A stretch of 64,000 nucleotides of DNA, from positions 22,121,175 through 22,185,174 of the forward strand of contig NC_092677.1 in assembly GCF_964355755.1 (NCBI RefSeq). The letters are read 5' to 3'. The notes beneath the pieces are model-generated. The model made no database searches, was not told where the DNA came from, and saw only the letters and a list, made by a program, of their open reading frames with translations. This stretch comes from Antedon mediterranea. Taxonomy: Eukaryota; Animalia; Echinodermata. Both the position numbers and the translations under genes were made by a program. This document shows, in pieces, positions 26,171 to 40,988 of the stretch. Each line of letters opens with the position of its first letter. The first letter of the stretch is position 1.

Positions 26171-27792
26171 AAACCTCGATTTTACGTACATACATCGACA
26201 CCAATTTTACGTACATACATCGACCCCGATTTGACATACAGACATCGACCCCGATTTTACGTACAGACATCGACCCCGATTTTAGGTACAGACATCGACT
26301 TAGTTTTTACGTACACCATCGACCCTGATTTTACATACATTCATCGAGCTAGTTTTGACGTACAGAAATCGACCCCGATTTTATGTACAGACATCGAACT
26401 AGTTTTTACGTACGTACAGACATCGACCTAGTTTGTACGTACAGACATCGGCCTAGTTTTTACGTACAGACATCGACCTAGTTTTTTACGTACCGACATC
26501 GACCTCGATTTTACGTGCAGACATCGACCCCGATTTTACGTACAGACATCGAACTAGCTTTGAACTACAGACATCGACTGCCTTTTTACGTACATACATC
26601 GACCCCGATTTTACGTACAGATATCAACCCAGTTTTTTCGTACAGACATCGACCTCATTTTTACATACAGACATCAACCTAGTTTTGAACTACAGACATC
26701 GACTCCGTTTTTACGTACAGACCTCGACCCTGATTTTACATACAGAAATGTACCCCAATTTTACGTACAGACATCAACCCCGATTTTACGTATAGACATC
26801 GACCTTGATTTAACGTACAGACATCGAACCCGTTTTTACGTGCAGACATCGATCCCGCTTTTACGTACATAAATCGACCACGATTTAACGTAGAAACATC
26901 GACCCCGATTTTATGTAAAGACATCGACAATGATTTTACATACAGACATCGACCTAGTTTTGACCTACAGACATCGACTTAGTTTTGACCTACAGACATC
27001 GACATCGGTTTGACGTACAGACATCGACACCGGTTTTACGTACAGATATCGATCCTAATTTTACATACAGACATCGACCTAGTTTTGACGTACAGACATC
27101 GACCCCGTCTTTACATACAGACATCGATCTTGTTTTTTACGTACAGAGATCGACCTAGTTTTTACGTACCGACATCGACCCCTGATTTTACGTACAGACA
27201 GTGACCCCGATTTTACATCGACCTAGTTTTGACGGACATATATCGATCCCGTTTTGACGTACAGACATCGACACGGATTTTACGCAAGACGTCGACCCCG
27301 ATTTGACGTACAGACATCGACCCCGTATTTACGTACAGACATCGACCTAGTTTTTACGTACATACATCGACTCCGTTTAACGTACCGACATCGACCCCGT
27401 TTTTACGTACAGACATCGACTCCGTTCTTACGTAAAGACATCGACCCCGATTTTACATCGACCTAGTTTTGACGGACATATATCGACCCCGTTTTGACGT
27501 ACAGACATCGACACCGATTTTACGCAAGACGTCGACCCCGATTTGACGTACAGACATCGACCCCGTATTTACGTACAGACATCGACCTAGTTTTTACGTA
27601 CATACATCGACTCCGTTTAACGTACCGACATCGACCCCGTTTTTACGTACAGACATCGACTCCGTTCTTACGTAAAGACATCGACCCCGATTTTACGTAC
27701 AGACAGCGACTCCGATTTTACGTACAGACATCGACCCCGTTTTGACGTACAGACATCGACACCGATTTTACGCAAAGACAACGACCCCGATT
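26171..27792 (+). repeat. SatB 25-bp array, counterpart of 5402-7027
   Basis: Same order of variant monomers; terminal 240-bp duplication (27254/27494). Confidence 0.95.
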
Positions 27793-29642
27793 TCTCACAC
27801 AAAACATCAAAGTGTACAGAATAGCTTCAAATCGCATTTGGAGACGTTTTAGACCATTTTGTGATTTTCGAAAAAAACATGGTAACATAAAAACATCAAA
27901 GTGTACAGAATAGCTTCAAATCGCATTTGGAGACGTTTTAGACCATTTTGTGCATTTCGATGAAACTTGGTTACACAAAAACATCAAAATGCTTAAAATC
28001 ACATTAGAAACCGTTTTAGACCATTTTGAGCATTTCGATAAAACTTTTCACACAAAAACATCAAAGAGCACAAAATAGCTTAATATCGTATTTAAAAACG
28101 TTTTAGACCATTTTGAGCATTTCGACAAAACTTTTTCACACAAAACATCAAAGTGTACAGAATAGCTTAAAATCGCATTTGGAGACGTTTTAGACAATTT
28201 TGTGATTTTCGAAAAAACTTGTTAACATAAAAACACCAAAGTGCTAAGAATAGCTTCAAATCGCCATTTTGAGCATTTCGATAAAACTTTTCACACAAAA
28301 ACATTAAAGTGCACAAAATAGCTTAATATGGTATTTAAAAACGTTTTAGATCATTTTAAGCATTTCGACAAAACTTTTTCACACAAAACATCAAAGTGTA
28401 CAGAATAGCTTCAAATCGCATTTGGAGACGTTTTAGACCATTTTGTGCATTTCGAAAAACTTGTTAACATAAAAACACCAAAGTGCTTAGAATAGCTTCA
28501 AATCGCATTTGGAGACGTCTTAGACCATTTTGTGCATTTCGATGAAACTTGGTTACACAAAAACATCAAAGTGCTTAAAATCACATTAGAAACCGTTTTA
28601 GACCATTTTGAGCATTTCGATAAAACTTTTCACACAAAAACATCAAAGAGCACAAAATAGCTTAATATCGTATTTAAAAACGTTTTAGACCATTTTGAGC
28701 ATTTCGACAAAACTTTTTCACACAAAACATCAAAGTGTACAGAATAGCTTAAAATCGCATTTGGAGACGTTTTAGACAATTTTGTGATTTTCGAAAAAAC
28801 TTGTTAACATAAAAACACCAAAGTGCTAAGAATAGCTTCAAATCGCCATTTTGAGCATTTCGATAAAACTTTTCACACAAAAACATTAAAGTGCACAAAA
28901 TAGCTTAATATGGTATTTAAAAACGTTTTAGATCATTTTAAGCATTTCGACAAAACTTTTTCACACAAAACATCAAAGTGTACAGAATAGCTTCAAATCG
29001 CATTTGGAGACGTTTTAGACCATTTTGTGCATTTCGAAAAACTTGTTAACATAAAAACACCAAAGTGCTTAGAATAGCTTCAAATCGCATTTGGAGACGT
29101 CTTAGACCATTTTGTGCATTTCGATGAAACTTGGTTACACAAAAACATCAAAGTGCTTAAAATCACATTAGAAACCGTTTTAGACCATTTTGAGCATTTC
29201 GATAAAACTTTTCACACAAAAACATCAAAGAGCACAAAATAGCTTAATATGGTATTTGAAAACGTTTTAGACCATTTTGAGCATTTTAATAAAACTTTTT
29301 CACACAAAACATCAAAGTGTACAGAATAGATTCAAATCGCATTTGAAGACGTTTTAGACCATTTTGTGCATTTCGAAAAAAACTTGTTAACATAAAAACA
29401 CCAAAGTGCCTAGAATAGCTTCAAATAGCATTTTGAGACGTTTTAGACCATTTTGTGGTTTTCGAAAGAACTTGTTAACATAAAAACACCAAAGTGCTAA
29501 GGATACCTTCAAATCGCATTTGGAGACGTTTTAGACAATTTTGTGCATTTCGATGAAACTTGGTTACACAAAAACATCAAAGTGCTAAAATCACATTATA
29601 AACCGTTTTAGACCATTTTGAGCATTTTGATGAAACTTTTCA
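27793..29642. repeat. SatC array with 582-bp higher-order repeat
   Basis: gagcacaaaatagc at 28066, 28648, 29230. Confidence 0.93.
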
Positions 29643-32600
29643 CATAATAATTTTTTAATTTTATAGAATGGAAATTTGGACCATTTTTAGAAAAAAAATC
29701 CTATGGTCCACCGCAGCAAAATTTTCAAAAAAATCGCCAAATTTCGACCCTTTTATTTTTTGACATAACTAGTTACTATGGCTCTATAAAATAATGTTAG
29801 CACAATATATTTGCAAAAATGGCAATATTATAGCATAATTTTTGAATTTTAAAAAGTGGAAATTGTTTCCATTTTCAATAAAATTCCACTGGTCCCCCGC
29901 AGAAAAAATTTTCAAAAATTGCCGAATTTCGACACTTTTATTTTTTGATGTAACTAGTTACTATGGCTCTATAAGATGATGTTAACACAATATATGTGCA
30001 TAAATGGCAATATTATAGCATAATTATTGAATTTTAAAAAGTGGAAAATTTTTCCATTTTTCGACCCTTTTGTTTTTTTACATAACTACAATATTATAGC
30101 ATAATTTTTGAATTTCAAAAAGTGGAAATTTTGGCAATTTTTCTAAAAAATTCCTATGGTCCCCCGCAGCTAAATTTTCGAAAAATTGCAAAATTTCGAC
30201 CCTTTTATTTTTTGACATAACTAGTTACTATGGCTCTATAAGATGAAGCTAACCCAATATATTTGCATAAATGCCAATATAATAGCATAATTATTGAATT
30301 TTAAACAATGGAAATTTTGGCCATTTTTCGAAAAAATTCCTATGGGAAATTTTCGCAAAAATGGCCAAATTTCAAACCTTTTATTTTTTGACAAAACTAG
30401 TTACTATGGCTCTATAAGATGATGTTAGCACAATAAATGGCAATATTATATAGGATATTTTTTAAATTTTAAACAATGGAAATTTTGACCATTTTTCGAA
30501 AAAAAAATCCTATGGTCCCCCGCAGCGAAATTTTCCAAAAATTGCTAAATTTCGACCCTTTCATTTGTTGACATAACTAGTTACGATGGCTCTATAAGAT
30601 GATGCTAACACAATATATTTGCATAAATGCCAATATAATAGCATAATTATTGAATTTTAAAAAGAGGAAATTTTGGACATTTTTTGAAAAAATTCCTATG
30701 GTCCCCCGCAGGGAAATTTTCGCAAAAATGGCAAAATTTCAAACCTTTTATTTTTTGACATAACTAGTTACATTGGCTCTATAAGATGATGCTAACCCAA
30801 TATATTTGTATAAATGCCAATATCATAGCATAATTATTGAATTTTAAAAAGTGGAAATTTTGTCAATTTTTCGAAAAAAATTCCTATGGTCCCCCGCAGG
30901 GAAATTTTCGCAAAAATGGCAAAATGTCAACACTTTTATTTTTTGACATAACTAGTTACTATGGCTCTATAAGATGATGTTAGCACAATATATTTGCATA
31001 AATGCCAATATAATAGCATAATTATTGAATTTTAAACAATGGAAATTTTGGCCATTTTTCGAAAAAAAAATCCTATGGTCCCCCGCAGCGAAATTTTCCA
31101 AAAATTGCTAAATTTCGACCCTTTTATTTGTTGACATAACTAGTTACGATGGCTCTATAAGATGATGCTAACACAATATATTTGCATAAATGCCAATATA
31201 ATAGCATAATTATTGAATTTTAAAAAGAGGAAATTTTGGACATTTTTCGAAAAAATTCCTATGGTCCCCCGCAGGGAAATTTTCGCAAAAATGGCAAAAT
31301 TTCAAACCTTTTGTTTTTTGACATAACTAGTTACAATGGCTCTATAAGGTGATGCTAACCCAATATATTTGTATAAATGCCAATATTATAGCATAATTAT
31401 TGAATTTTAAAAAGTGGAAATTTTGGCCATTTTTCGAAAAAATTCCTATGGTCCCCCATAGGGAAATTTTCGGAAAAATGGCCAAATTTCAAACCTTTTA
31501 TTTTTTGACAAAACTAGTTACTATGGCTCTATAAGATGATGTTAGCACAATATATTTGCATAAATGGCAATATTATATAGGATATTTTTTTAATTTTAAA
31601 CAATGGAAATTATGACCATTTTTCGAAAAAATAATCCTATGGTCCCCAACAGCAAAATTTTCCAAAAATTGCAAAATTTTGACCCTTTTATTTGTTGACA
31701 TAACTAGTTACGATGGCTCTATAAGATGATGCTAACACAATATATTTGCATAAATGCCAATATAATAGCATAATTATTGAATTTTAAAAAGAGGAAATTT
31801 TGGACATTTTTCGAAAAAATTCCTATGGTCCCCCGCAGGGAAATTTTCGCAAAAATGGCAAAAATTTCAAACCTTTTATTTTTTGACATAACTAGTTACA
31901 ATGGCTCTATAAGATGATGCTAACCCAATATATTTGTATAAATGTCAATATTATAGCATAATTATTGAATTTTAAAAAGTGGAAATTTTGTCAATTTTTC
32001 GAAAAAAATTCCTATGGTCCCCCGCAGGGAAATTTTCGCAAAAATGGCAAAATGTCAACACTTTTATTTTTTGACATAACTAGTTACTATGGCTCTATAA
32101 GATGATGTTAGCACAATATATTTGCATAAATGCCAATATAATAGCATAATTATTAAATTTTAAACAATGGAAATTTTGGCCATTTTTCGAAAAAAAAATC
32201 CTATGGTCCCCCGCAGCGAAATTTTCCAAAAATTGCTAAATTTCGACCCTTTTATTTGTTGACATAACTAGTTACGATGGCTCTATAAGATGATGCTAAC
32301 ACAATATATTTGCATAAATGCCAATATAATAGCATAATTATTGAATTTTAAAAAGAGGAAATTTTGGACATTTTTCGAAAAAATTCCTATGGTCCCCGGC
32401 AAGGAAATTTTCGCAAAAATGGCAAAATTTCAAACCTTTTATTTTTTGACATAACTAGTTACAATGGCTCTATAAGGTGATGTTAACACAATAAATGTGC
32501 ATAGATGGCAATATTATAGCCTAATTATTGAATTTTAAAAGGTGGAAATTTTGACCATTTTTCGAAAAAAAATTCCTATGGTCCCCCGCCGGGAAATTTT

Positions 32601-32767
32601 TCGAAAAATGGCCAAATTTCGACCCTTTTATTTTGTGACATAACTAGTTACTATGGCTCTATAAGATGATGTTAAGCATAATTTTTTAATTTTAAAGAAT
32701 GGAAATTTTGACCATTTTTTGAAAAAAAAGTCCTATGGTCCCCGTAGGAAAATTTTCGAACAATTGC
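29643..32767. repeat. SatA array (~17 monomers)
   Basis: Same monomer and same first and last junctions as 8624-12522. Confidence 0.96.
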
Positions 32768-33290
32768 CAACAGCGGGTGTTTCAGAAGCTCAGAATATAA
32801 CGTGCAACGCTAGTGTTTTAAAGTAACAGAAAAACACAGAAAAACTCACGAAACAGTCAAACACCAGTCAAATTAACTACAGCACAGTCTTAAACAGATC
32901 ATAAACATCAAAGTTTGTAGTTAGACCAGATTCAGCTCAGTCGAAAACAAGGAAAAATAGTGAAGTACAGAGCTCGAACAAAACACGTCCGTTGTCGACC
33001 ACAGTTCGTTTTACATATATTACCTATATTTAGTCATCTGATAACATTTTTTACCACGCCGTTTATTTTTAATAGTTTTTTAAAATGCCTCTCTATTTAC
33101 AACATTTGTGTACAAAAGAATAGAGATTTTATTGTGTAATTTGAACTATCCCCCCACTGATAAGAAAGTGCTTATTTTCAACAAGCTTGTGTAACACAAA
33201 TAAAATCCCAAAAAATATGAAACATAGATCGATAATTATTGGAATGTATGATCAATAGAAATTTTTTTTCCCCACCTGGCCTTTAAACAC
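32768..33290. other. Unique linker, copy C
   Basis: Near-identical to copy B; short deletion between two atag motifs (aacatagatcgat versus aacataggggaagctatagatcgat). Confidence 0.9.
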
Positions 33291-33478
33291 GGGGAGATAT
33301 CTGCACTTAAAACGGGGAGATATCTGTACTTAAAAACGGAGAGATATCTGTACTTAAAAACGGGGAGATATCTTTACTTAAAAACGGGGACATATCTGTA
33401 CTTAAAAACGGGTCGATATCTGTACTTAAAAACGAGTCGATGTCAGTACGTAAAATTGGGGTCGATGTCTGTATGTAA
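33291..33478 (-). repeat. Inverted 22-25-bp minisatellite, copy C
   Basis: As 13058-13245. Confidence 0.9.
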
Positions 33479-33489
33479 TTACGTGCGTA

Positions 33490-33891
33490 ATGTTTTCGGT
33501 AACTCGTGCACTGGAGTATTGTGGACGACAAGGGATATCCATACGAGGTCACAGTGATGATGGATTACCTCTTGCCTTCACAGACACACACATGGGCAAT
33601 TTAAAGGAGTTGCTGCGACTTATGGCAGAAAGTGATGAGTTGCTTAATGACCATTTAAGTAGTTGCGCTCGAAACGCCAGCTATATTTCTAAGACCACAA
33701 AAACTCAATTGCTCAAGTGTATGTCAGAGGACATTCAGCAACAACTTGTAAACAGAATAAAGGATGGTGGTGGTATATACGGATTGTCTGCAGATGAAGC
33801 CACAGACGTCAGTGCATGGAAACAACTAGAGGAATTACAAATCACAAAAGAAAACATAATCAAAAATAAGAAAGAAACACAAGACGCTTAA
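33490..33891 (+). pseudogene. hAT transposase fragment, copy C
   Basis: 133-aa ORF with 3 residue differences from copy B; YGLSADEATDVS motif. Confidence 0.88.
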
Positions 33892-34099
33892 ATTTGTCCT
33901 TACGTACCTCAGCACATTTCTCCAATATCTCCATTTTCCCACTACATTCTTTTACAAACATTTTTTTGGCATGCTGGCAAAAATGCACCAGGGCCGATTG
34001 TTCACCTTCCATCATGGTTGGTTGTCAATGTGGTGAGTAAAAATATTTTCCCATGTCTGTCACGCGTTGAGCATCAACATGTTTTGCTTGGCGGCAATG

Positions 34100-34953
34100 T
34101 TTAATTTATTTATTTCACTTTACAAATATATAAATATAAAGTGAAGGAGCCTAAAAGAAAGCAAAGCTTGTGGTGAATAGGCTCCTCAAAACAAATAATA
34201 AAATATAAATAATATAACACCATTAGAAACTCCAAAAAAAAACAACAATTTAACTAATATCTTTTCTCTAACACATAAGTTTAACATGTTAAAACTAAAA
34301 AACAAGTAAAAAATAGATTATATAAATTATTTAAGAAATATCCAAATATATGTAAATAATAAAAGAACTTACAAAGAACCTTCAACCAATAATAGTTTAA
34401 ATTGACGTTTAAATAAGGCACAGTTATGAGATTTTTTAAGTGATAAAGGAAGAGAATTCCAGAGTTTAGGTCTAGATCGAGTAAGTGGTAGGTGGTCTTT
34501 TTGTCTTGTTTGTTGGTGAGTGTGATATTGTTTATTTTGAGTGAATTTACTGGATATTATGGGTGGTAAGTGTCGAGCGGTTAATTGAAACATGATGACA
34601 CCTACATTAAATGTATAGAGGTCCTCAATTTTTAATATTTTTTTTTTTGAAAGATATCTTGGGTGTGAGCACCCTGAGATAATTCTGACAGCTCGTTTCT
34701 GGATTAATCAAATTTTAGTAATAATTGATTTTGAAGCATTTTCCCAAGCAAGAACACCATAATTTAAGTACGATAATATAAGAGTAGAATATAAAATATT
34801 TATTACTTTTTGAGGAAATATTGATTTCAATTTATACATCATGCCAACATGTTTTGATAATAATTTGCAAAGGTAATTAACATGGGCTTTCCAGTCAAGT
34901 CTGTCGTCAATAAATATACCAAGAAATTTTGTGTTGATTATTTGATTAATAGG
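34100..34953 (-). mobile_element. CR1/L2-group LINE 3' fragment, copy C
   Basis: As copy B, with a private 30-bp deletion at ~34472. Confidence 0.88.
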
Positions 34954-34954
34954 G

Positions 34955-37900
34955 ACGTACAGAAATCTACTCAGAATTTACGTACCGACATCGACCCCGT
35001 TTTTAAGTGCAGACAACGACCCCGTTTTTACGTACAGACATCGACCTAGTTTTTACGTGCATACATCGACACCGATTTTACGTACAGACATCGACTTCGT
35101 TTTTACGTACAGACATCGACCTAGTTTTTACGTACCGACATCGACCTCGATTTAACGTACAGACAGCGACCCCGATTTCACGTACAGACATCGACCTAGT
35201 TTTGACGTACAGACATCGACACCGATTTTACGCAAAGACAACGACCATGATTTCACGTACAGACATCGACCCCGATTTTACGTACAAACATCGACCATGA
35301 TTTTACGTACAGTCATCGACCCTGATTTTACATACAGACATCGACCTAGTTTTGACGTACAGACATCGACCCCGTTTTTACATACATATATCGACTCTGT
35401 TTTTACGTACAGACATCGACCTAGATTTTACGTACCGACATCGACCTCGACTTTACGTACAGCCATCATCCCCGTTTTGACGTACAGATATCGACCCCGA
35501 TTTTACGTACATACATCAACCCGATTTTACGTACAGTCATCGACCCAGTTTTTACGTACAAACATCAACCTCGATTTTACGTACAGACATCGACCCCGAT
35601 TTGACGTACATACATCGACCCCGATTTTACGTACATACATCGACCCCGATTTTACGTACATACATCGACACCTATTTTACGTACAGACATCGACCCTGAT
35701 TTGACGTACAGACATCGACCCCGATTTTACGTACAGACATCGACCTAGTTTTGACGTACAGACATCGACACCGATTTTACGCAAAGACAACGACCATGAT
35801 TTCACGTACAGACATCGACCCCGATTTTACGTACAAACATCGACCATGATTTTACGTACAGTCATCGACCCTGATTTTACATACAGACATCGACCTAGTT
35901 TTGACGTACAGACATCGACCCCGTTTTTACATACATATATCGACTCTGTTTTTACGTACAGACATCGACCTAGTTTTTACGTACCGACATCGACCTCGAC
36001 TTTACATACAGCCATCAACCCCGTTTTGACGTACAGATATCGACCCCGATTTTACGTACATACATCGACCCGATTTTACGTACAGTCATCGACCCAGTTT
36101 TTACGTACAAACATCAACCTCGATTTTACGTACAGACATCGACCCCGATTTGACGTACATACATCGACCCCGATTTTACGTACATACATCGACCCCGATT
36201 TTACGTACATACATCGACACCTATTTTACGTACAGACATCGACCCTGATTTTACGTACAGACATCGACCCCGATTTCACGTACAGACATCGACCTAGTTT
36301 TGACGTACAGACATCGACACCGATTTTACGCAAAGACAACGACCATGATTTCACGTACAGACATAGACCCCGATTTTACGTACAAACATCGACCATGATT
36401 TTACATACAGTCATCGACCCCGATTTTACATACAGACATCGACCTAGTTTTGACGTACAGACATCGACCCCGTTTTTACATACATATATCGACTCTGTTT
36501 TTACGTACAGACATCGACCTAGTTTTTACGTACCGACATCGACCTCGACTTTACGTACAGCCATCAACCCCGTTTTGACGTACAGATATCGACCCCGATT
36601 TTACGTACATACATCGACCTGATTTTACGTACAGTCATCGACCCAGTTTATACGTACAAACATCAACCTCGATTTTACGTACAGACATCGACCCCGATTT
36701 TACGTACATACATCAACCCCAATTTTACGTACATACATCAACCCCGATTTTACGTACATACATCGACTCCTATTTTACGTACAGACATCGACCCTGATTT
36801 TACGTACAGACATTGACCCCGATTTCACGTACAGACATCGACCTAGTTTTGACGTACAGACATCGACACCGATTTTACGCAAAGACAGCGACCATGATAT
36901 CACGTACAGACATCGACCCCGATTTTACGTACAAACATCGACCATGATTTTACGTACAGTCATCGACTCTGTTTTTAAGTACAGACATCGACCTAGTTTT
37001 TACGTACCGACATCGACCTCGACTTTACGTACAGCCATCAACCCCGTTTTGACGTACAGATATCGACCCCGATTTTACGTACATACATCGACCCGATTTT
37101 ACGTACAGTCATCGACCCAGTTTTTACGTACAAAATCAACCTCGATTTTACGTACAGACATCGACCCCGATTTTACGTACATACATCGACCCCAATTTTA
37201 CGTACATACATCGACCCCGATTTTACGTACATACATCGACTCCTATTTTACGTACAGACATCGACCTAGTTTTGACGTACAGACATCGACCCCGTTTTTA
37301 CATACATATATCGACTCTGTTTTTACGTACAGACATCGACCTAGTTTTTACGTACCGACATCGACCTCGACTTTACGTACAGCCATCAACCCCGTTTTGA
37401 CGTACAGATATCGACCCCGATTTTACGTACATACATCGACCTGATTTTACGTACAGTCATCGACCCAGTTTATACGTACAAACATCAACCTCGATTTTAC
37501 GTACAGACATCGACCCCGATTTTACGTACATACATCGACCCCAATTTTACGTACATACATCAACCCCGATTTTACGTACATACATCGACTCCTATTTTAC
37601 GTACAGACATCGACCCTGATTTTACGTACAGACATTGACCCCGATTTCACGTACAGACATCGACCTAGTTTTGACGTACAGACATCGACACCGATTTTAC
37701 GCAAACACAGCGACCATGATATCACGTACAGACATCGACCCCGATTTTACGTACAAACATCGACCATGATTTTACGTACAGTCATCGACTCTGTTTTTAA
37801 GTACAGACATCGACCTAGTTTTTACGTACCGACATCGACCTCGACTTTACGTACAGCCATCAACCCCGTTTTGACGTACAGATATCGACCCCGATTTTAC

Positions 37901-40900
37901 GTACATACATCGACCCGATTTTACGTACAGTCATCGACCCAGTTTTTACGTACAAAATCAACCTCGATTTTACGTACAGACATCGACCCCGATTTTACGT
38001 ACATACATCGACCCCAATTTTACGTACATACATCGACCCCGATTTTACGTACATACATCGACTCCTATTTTACGTACAGACATCGACCCTGATTTTACGT
38101 ACAGACATCGACCCCGATTTTACGTACAAACATCGACCATGATTTTACGTACAGTCATCGACCCTGATTTTACATACAGACATCGACCTAGTTTTGACGT
38201 ACAGACATCGACCCCGTTTTTACATACATATATTGACTCTGTTTTTACGTACAGACATCGACCTAGTTTTTACGTACCGACATCGACCTCGACTTTACGT
38301 ACAACCATCAACCCCGTTTTGACGTACAGATATTGACCCTGATTTTACGTACATACATCGACCCGATTTTACGTACAGTCATCGACCCAGTTTTTACGTA
38401 CAAACATCAACCTCGATTTTACGTACAGACATCGACCCCGATTTTACGTACATACATCGACCCCGATTTTACGTACATACATCGACCCCGATTTTACGTA
38501 CATACATCGACTCCTATTTTTCCGTACAGACATCGACCCTGATTTTACGTAGCAACATCGACCCCGATTTTACGTACATACATCGACCCCAATTTTACGT
38601 ATAGACATCGACCAAGTTTTTACGTACAGACATCAACCTCGATTTTACGTACAGACATCGACCCCAATTTTACGTACATACATCGACCCCGATTTTACGT
38701 ACAGACATCGACCCCGATTTTACGTACAGACATCGACCCGATTTTACGTACAGCCATCAACCCCATTTTTACGTACAGACATCGACCCCGTTTTGACAAA
38801 CAGACATCGACCTAGTTTTTACGTACCGACATCGACCTCGTTTTGACGTACATACATCGACCCAGTTTTTACGTACAGGCATCGACCCCGATTTTACGTA
38901 CAGACAGCCACACCGATTTTACGTACATACATCGACCCCGATTTTACGTACATACATCGACCCCGATTTTACGTACATACATCGACCCCGATTTTACGTA
39001 CATACATCGACCCTGATTTTACGTACAGACATCGACCCCGATTTTACGTACAAACATCGACCATGATTTTACGTACAGTCATCGACCCTGATTTTCCATA
39101 CAGACATCGACCTAGTTTTGACGTACAGACATCGACCCCGTATTTACATACATATATCGACTCTGTTTTTACGTACAGACATCGACCTAGTTTTTACGTA
39201 CCGACATCGACCTCGACTTTACGTACAGCCATCAACCCGATTTTACGTACAGCCATCAACCCCGTTTTTACGTACAGACATCGACCCCGTTTTGACAAAC
39301 AGACATCGACCTAGTTTTTACGTACCGACATTGACCTCGTTTTGACGTACATACATCGACCCAGTTTTTACGTACAGGCATCGACCCCGATTTTACGTAC
39401 AGACAGCCACACCGATTTTACGTACATACATCGACCCCGATTTTACGTACATACATCGAACCCGATTTTACGTACATACATCGACCCCGATTTTACGTAC
39501 ATACATCGACCCTGATTTTACGTACAGACATCGACCCCGATTTTACGTACAAACATCGACCATGATTTTACGTACAGTCATCGACCCTGATTTTCCATAC
39601 AGACATCGACCTAGTTTTGACGTACAGACATCGACCCCGTTTTTACATACATATATCGACTCTGTTTTTACGTACAGACATCGACCTAGTTTTTACGTAC
39701 CGACATCGACCCCGATTTTACGTACAGACATCGACCCGATTTTACGTACAGTCATCGACCCAGTTTTTACGTACATACATCGACCCCAATTTTACGTACA
39801 GACATCGACCCAGTTTTTACGTACAGACATCAACCTCGATTTTACGTACAGACATCGACCCGATTTTACGTACAGCCATCAACCCCGATTTTACGTACAG
39901 AGATCGATCCAGTTTTTAAGTACAGACATCGACCCCGATTTTACGTACAGACATTGACCCCGATTTAACGTACATACATCGAACCCGATTTTACGTACAT
40001 ACATCGACCCCGATTTTACGTACAGTCATCGACCATGTTTTTAGGTACAGACATCAACATCAATTTTACGTACAGACATCGACCCCAATTTAACGTACAT
40101 ACATCGACCCCGATTTTACGTACAGACATCGACCCCGATTTTACGTACAGACATCAACCCGATTTTACGTACAGCCATCAATCCCGTTTTTACGTACAGA
40201 CATCGACCCCGTTTTGACAAACAGACATCGACCTAGTTTTTACGTACCGACATCGACCTCGTTTTGACGTACATACATCGACCCAGTTTTTACGTACAGG
40301 CATCGACCCCGATTTTACGTACACACAGCCACACCGATTTTACGTACATACATCGACCCCGATTTTACGTACATACATCGACCCCGATTTTACGTACAGT
40401 CATCGACCAAGTTTTTACGTACAGAAATCGACCCCGATTTTACGTACAGACATCGACCTAGTTTTTACGTAAAGACATCCACCCTGATTTTACATACAGA
40501 CATCGACCTAGTTTTGACGTACAGAAATCGACCCCATTTTGAGGTACAGACATCGACCACGTTTTTACGTACAGACATCGAACCCGATTTACCGTACAGG
40601 CATCGACTTCGATTTAACGTACAGACATCGACCCCGATTTTATGTACATACATCGACCCCGATTTTACGTACAGACATCGACCCCGATTTTACGTACAGA
40701 CATCGACCCCGTTTTTACGTACAGACATCGACCTAGTTTTTACGTACAGACATCGACCCTGATTTTACAAACAGACATCGACCTAGTTTTGACGTACATA
40801 TATCGATTCCGTTTTTACGTAAAGACATCGACCTAGTTTTTACGTACCGACATCAACCTCGATTTTACGTACAGACATAGACCCCGATTTTACGTACATA

Positions 40901-40988
40901 CATCGACCCCGATTTTACGTACAGCCATCAACCCCGTGTTTACATACAGACATCGCCGTTTTGACGTACCGACATCGACCTCGATTTT
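34955..40988 (+). repeat. SatB array expanded by 549-, 822- and 499-bp duplications
   Basis: ORF-track offsets 35297/35846, 36944/37766, 39063/39562. Confidence 0.97.
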
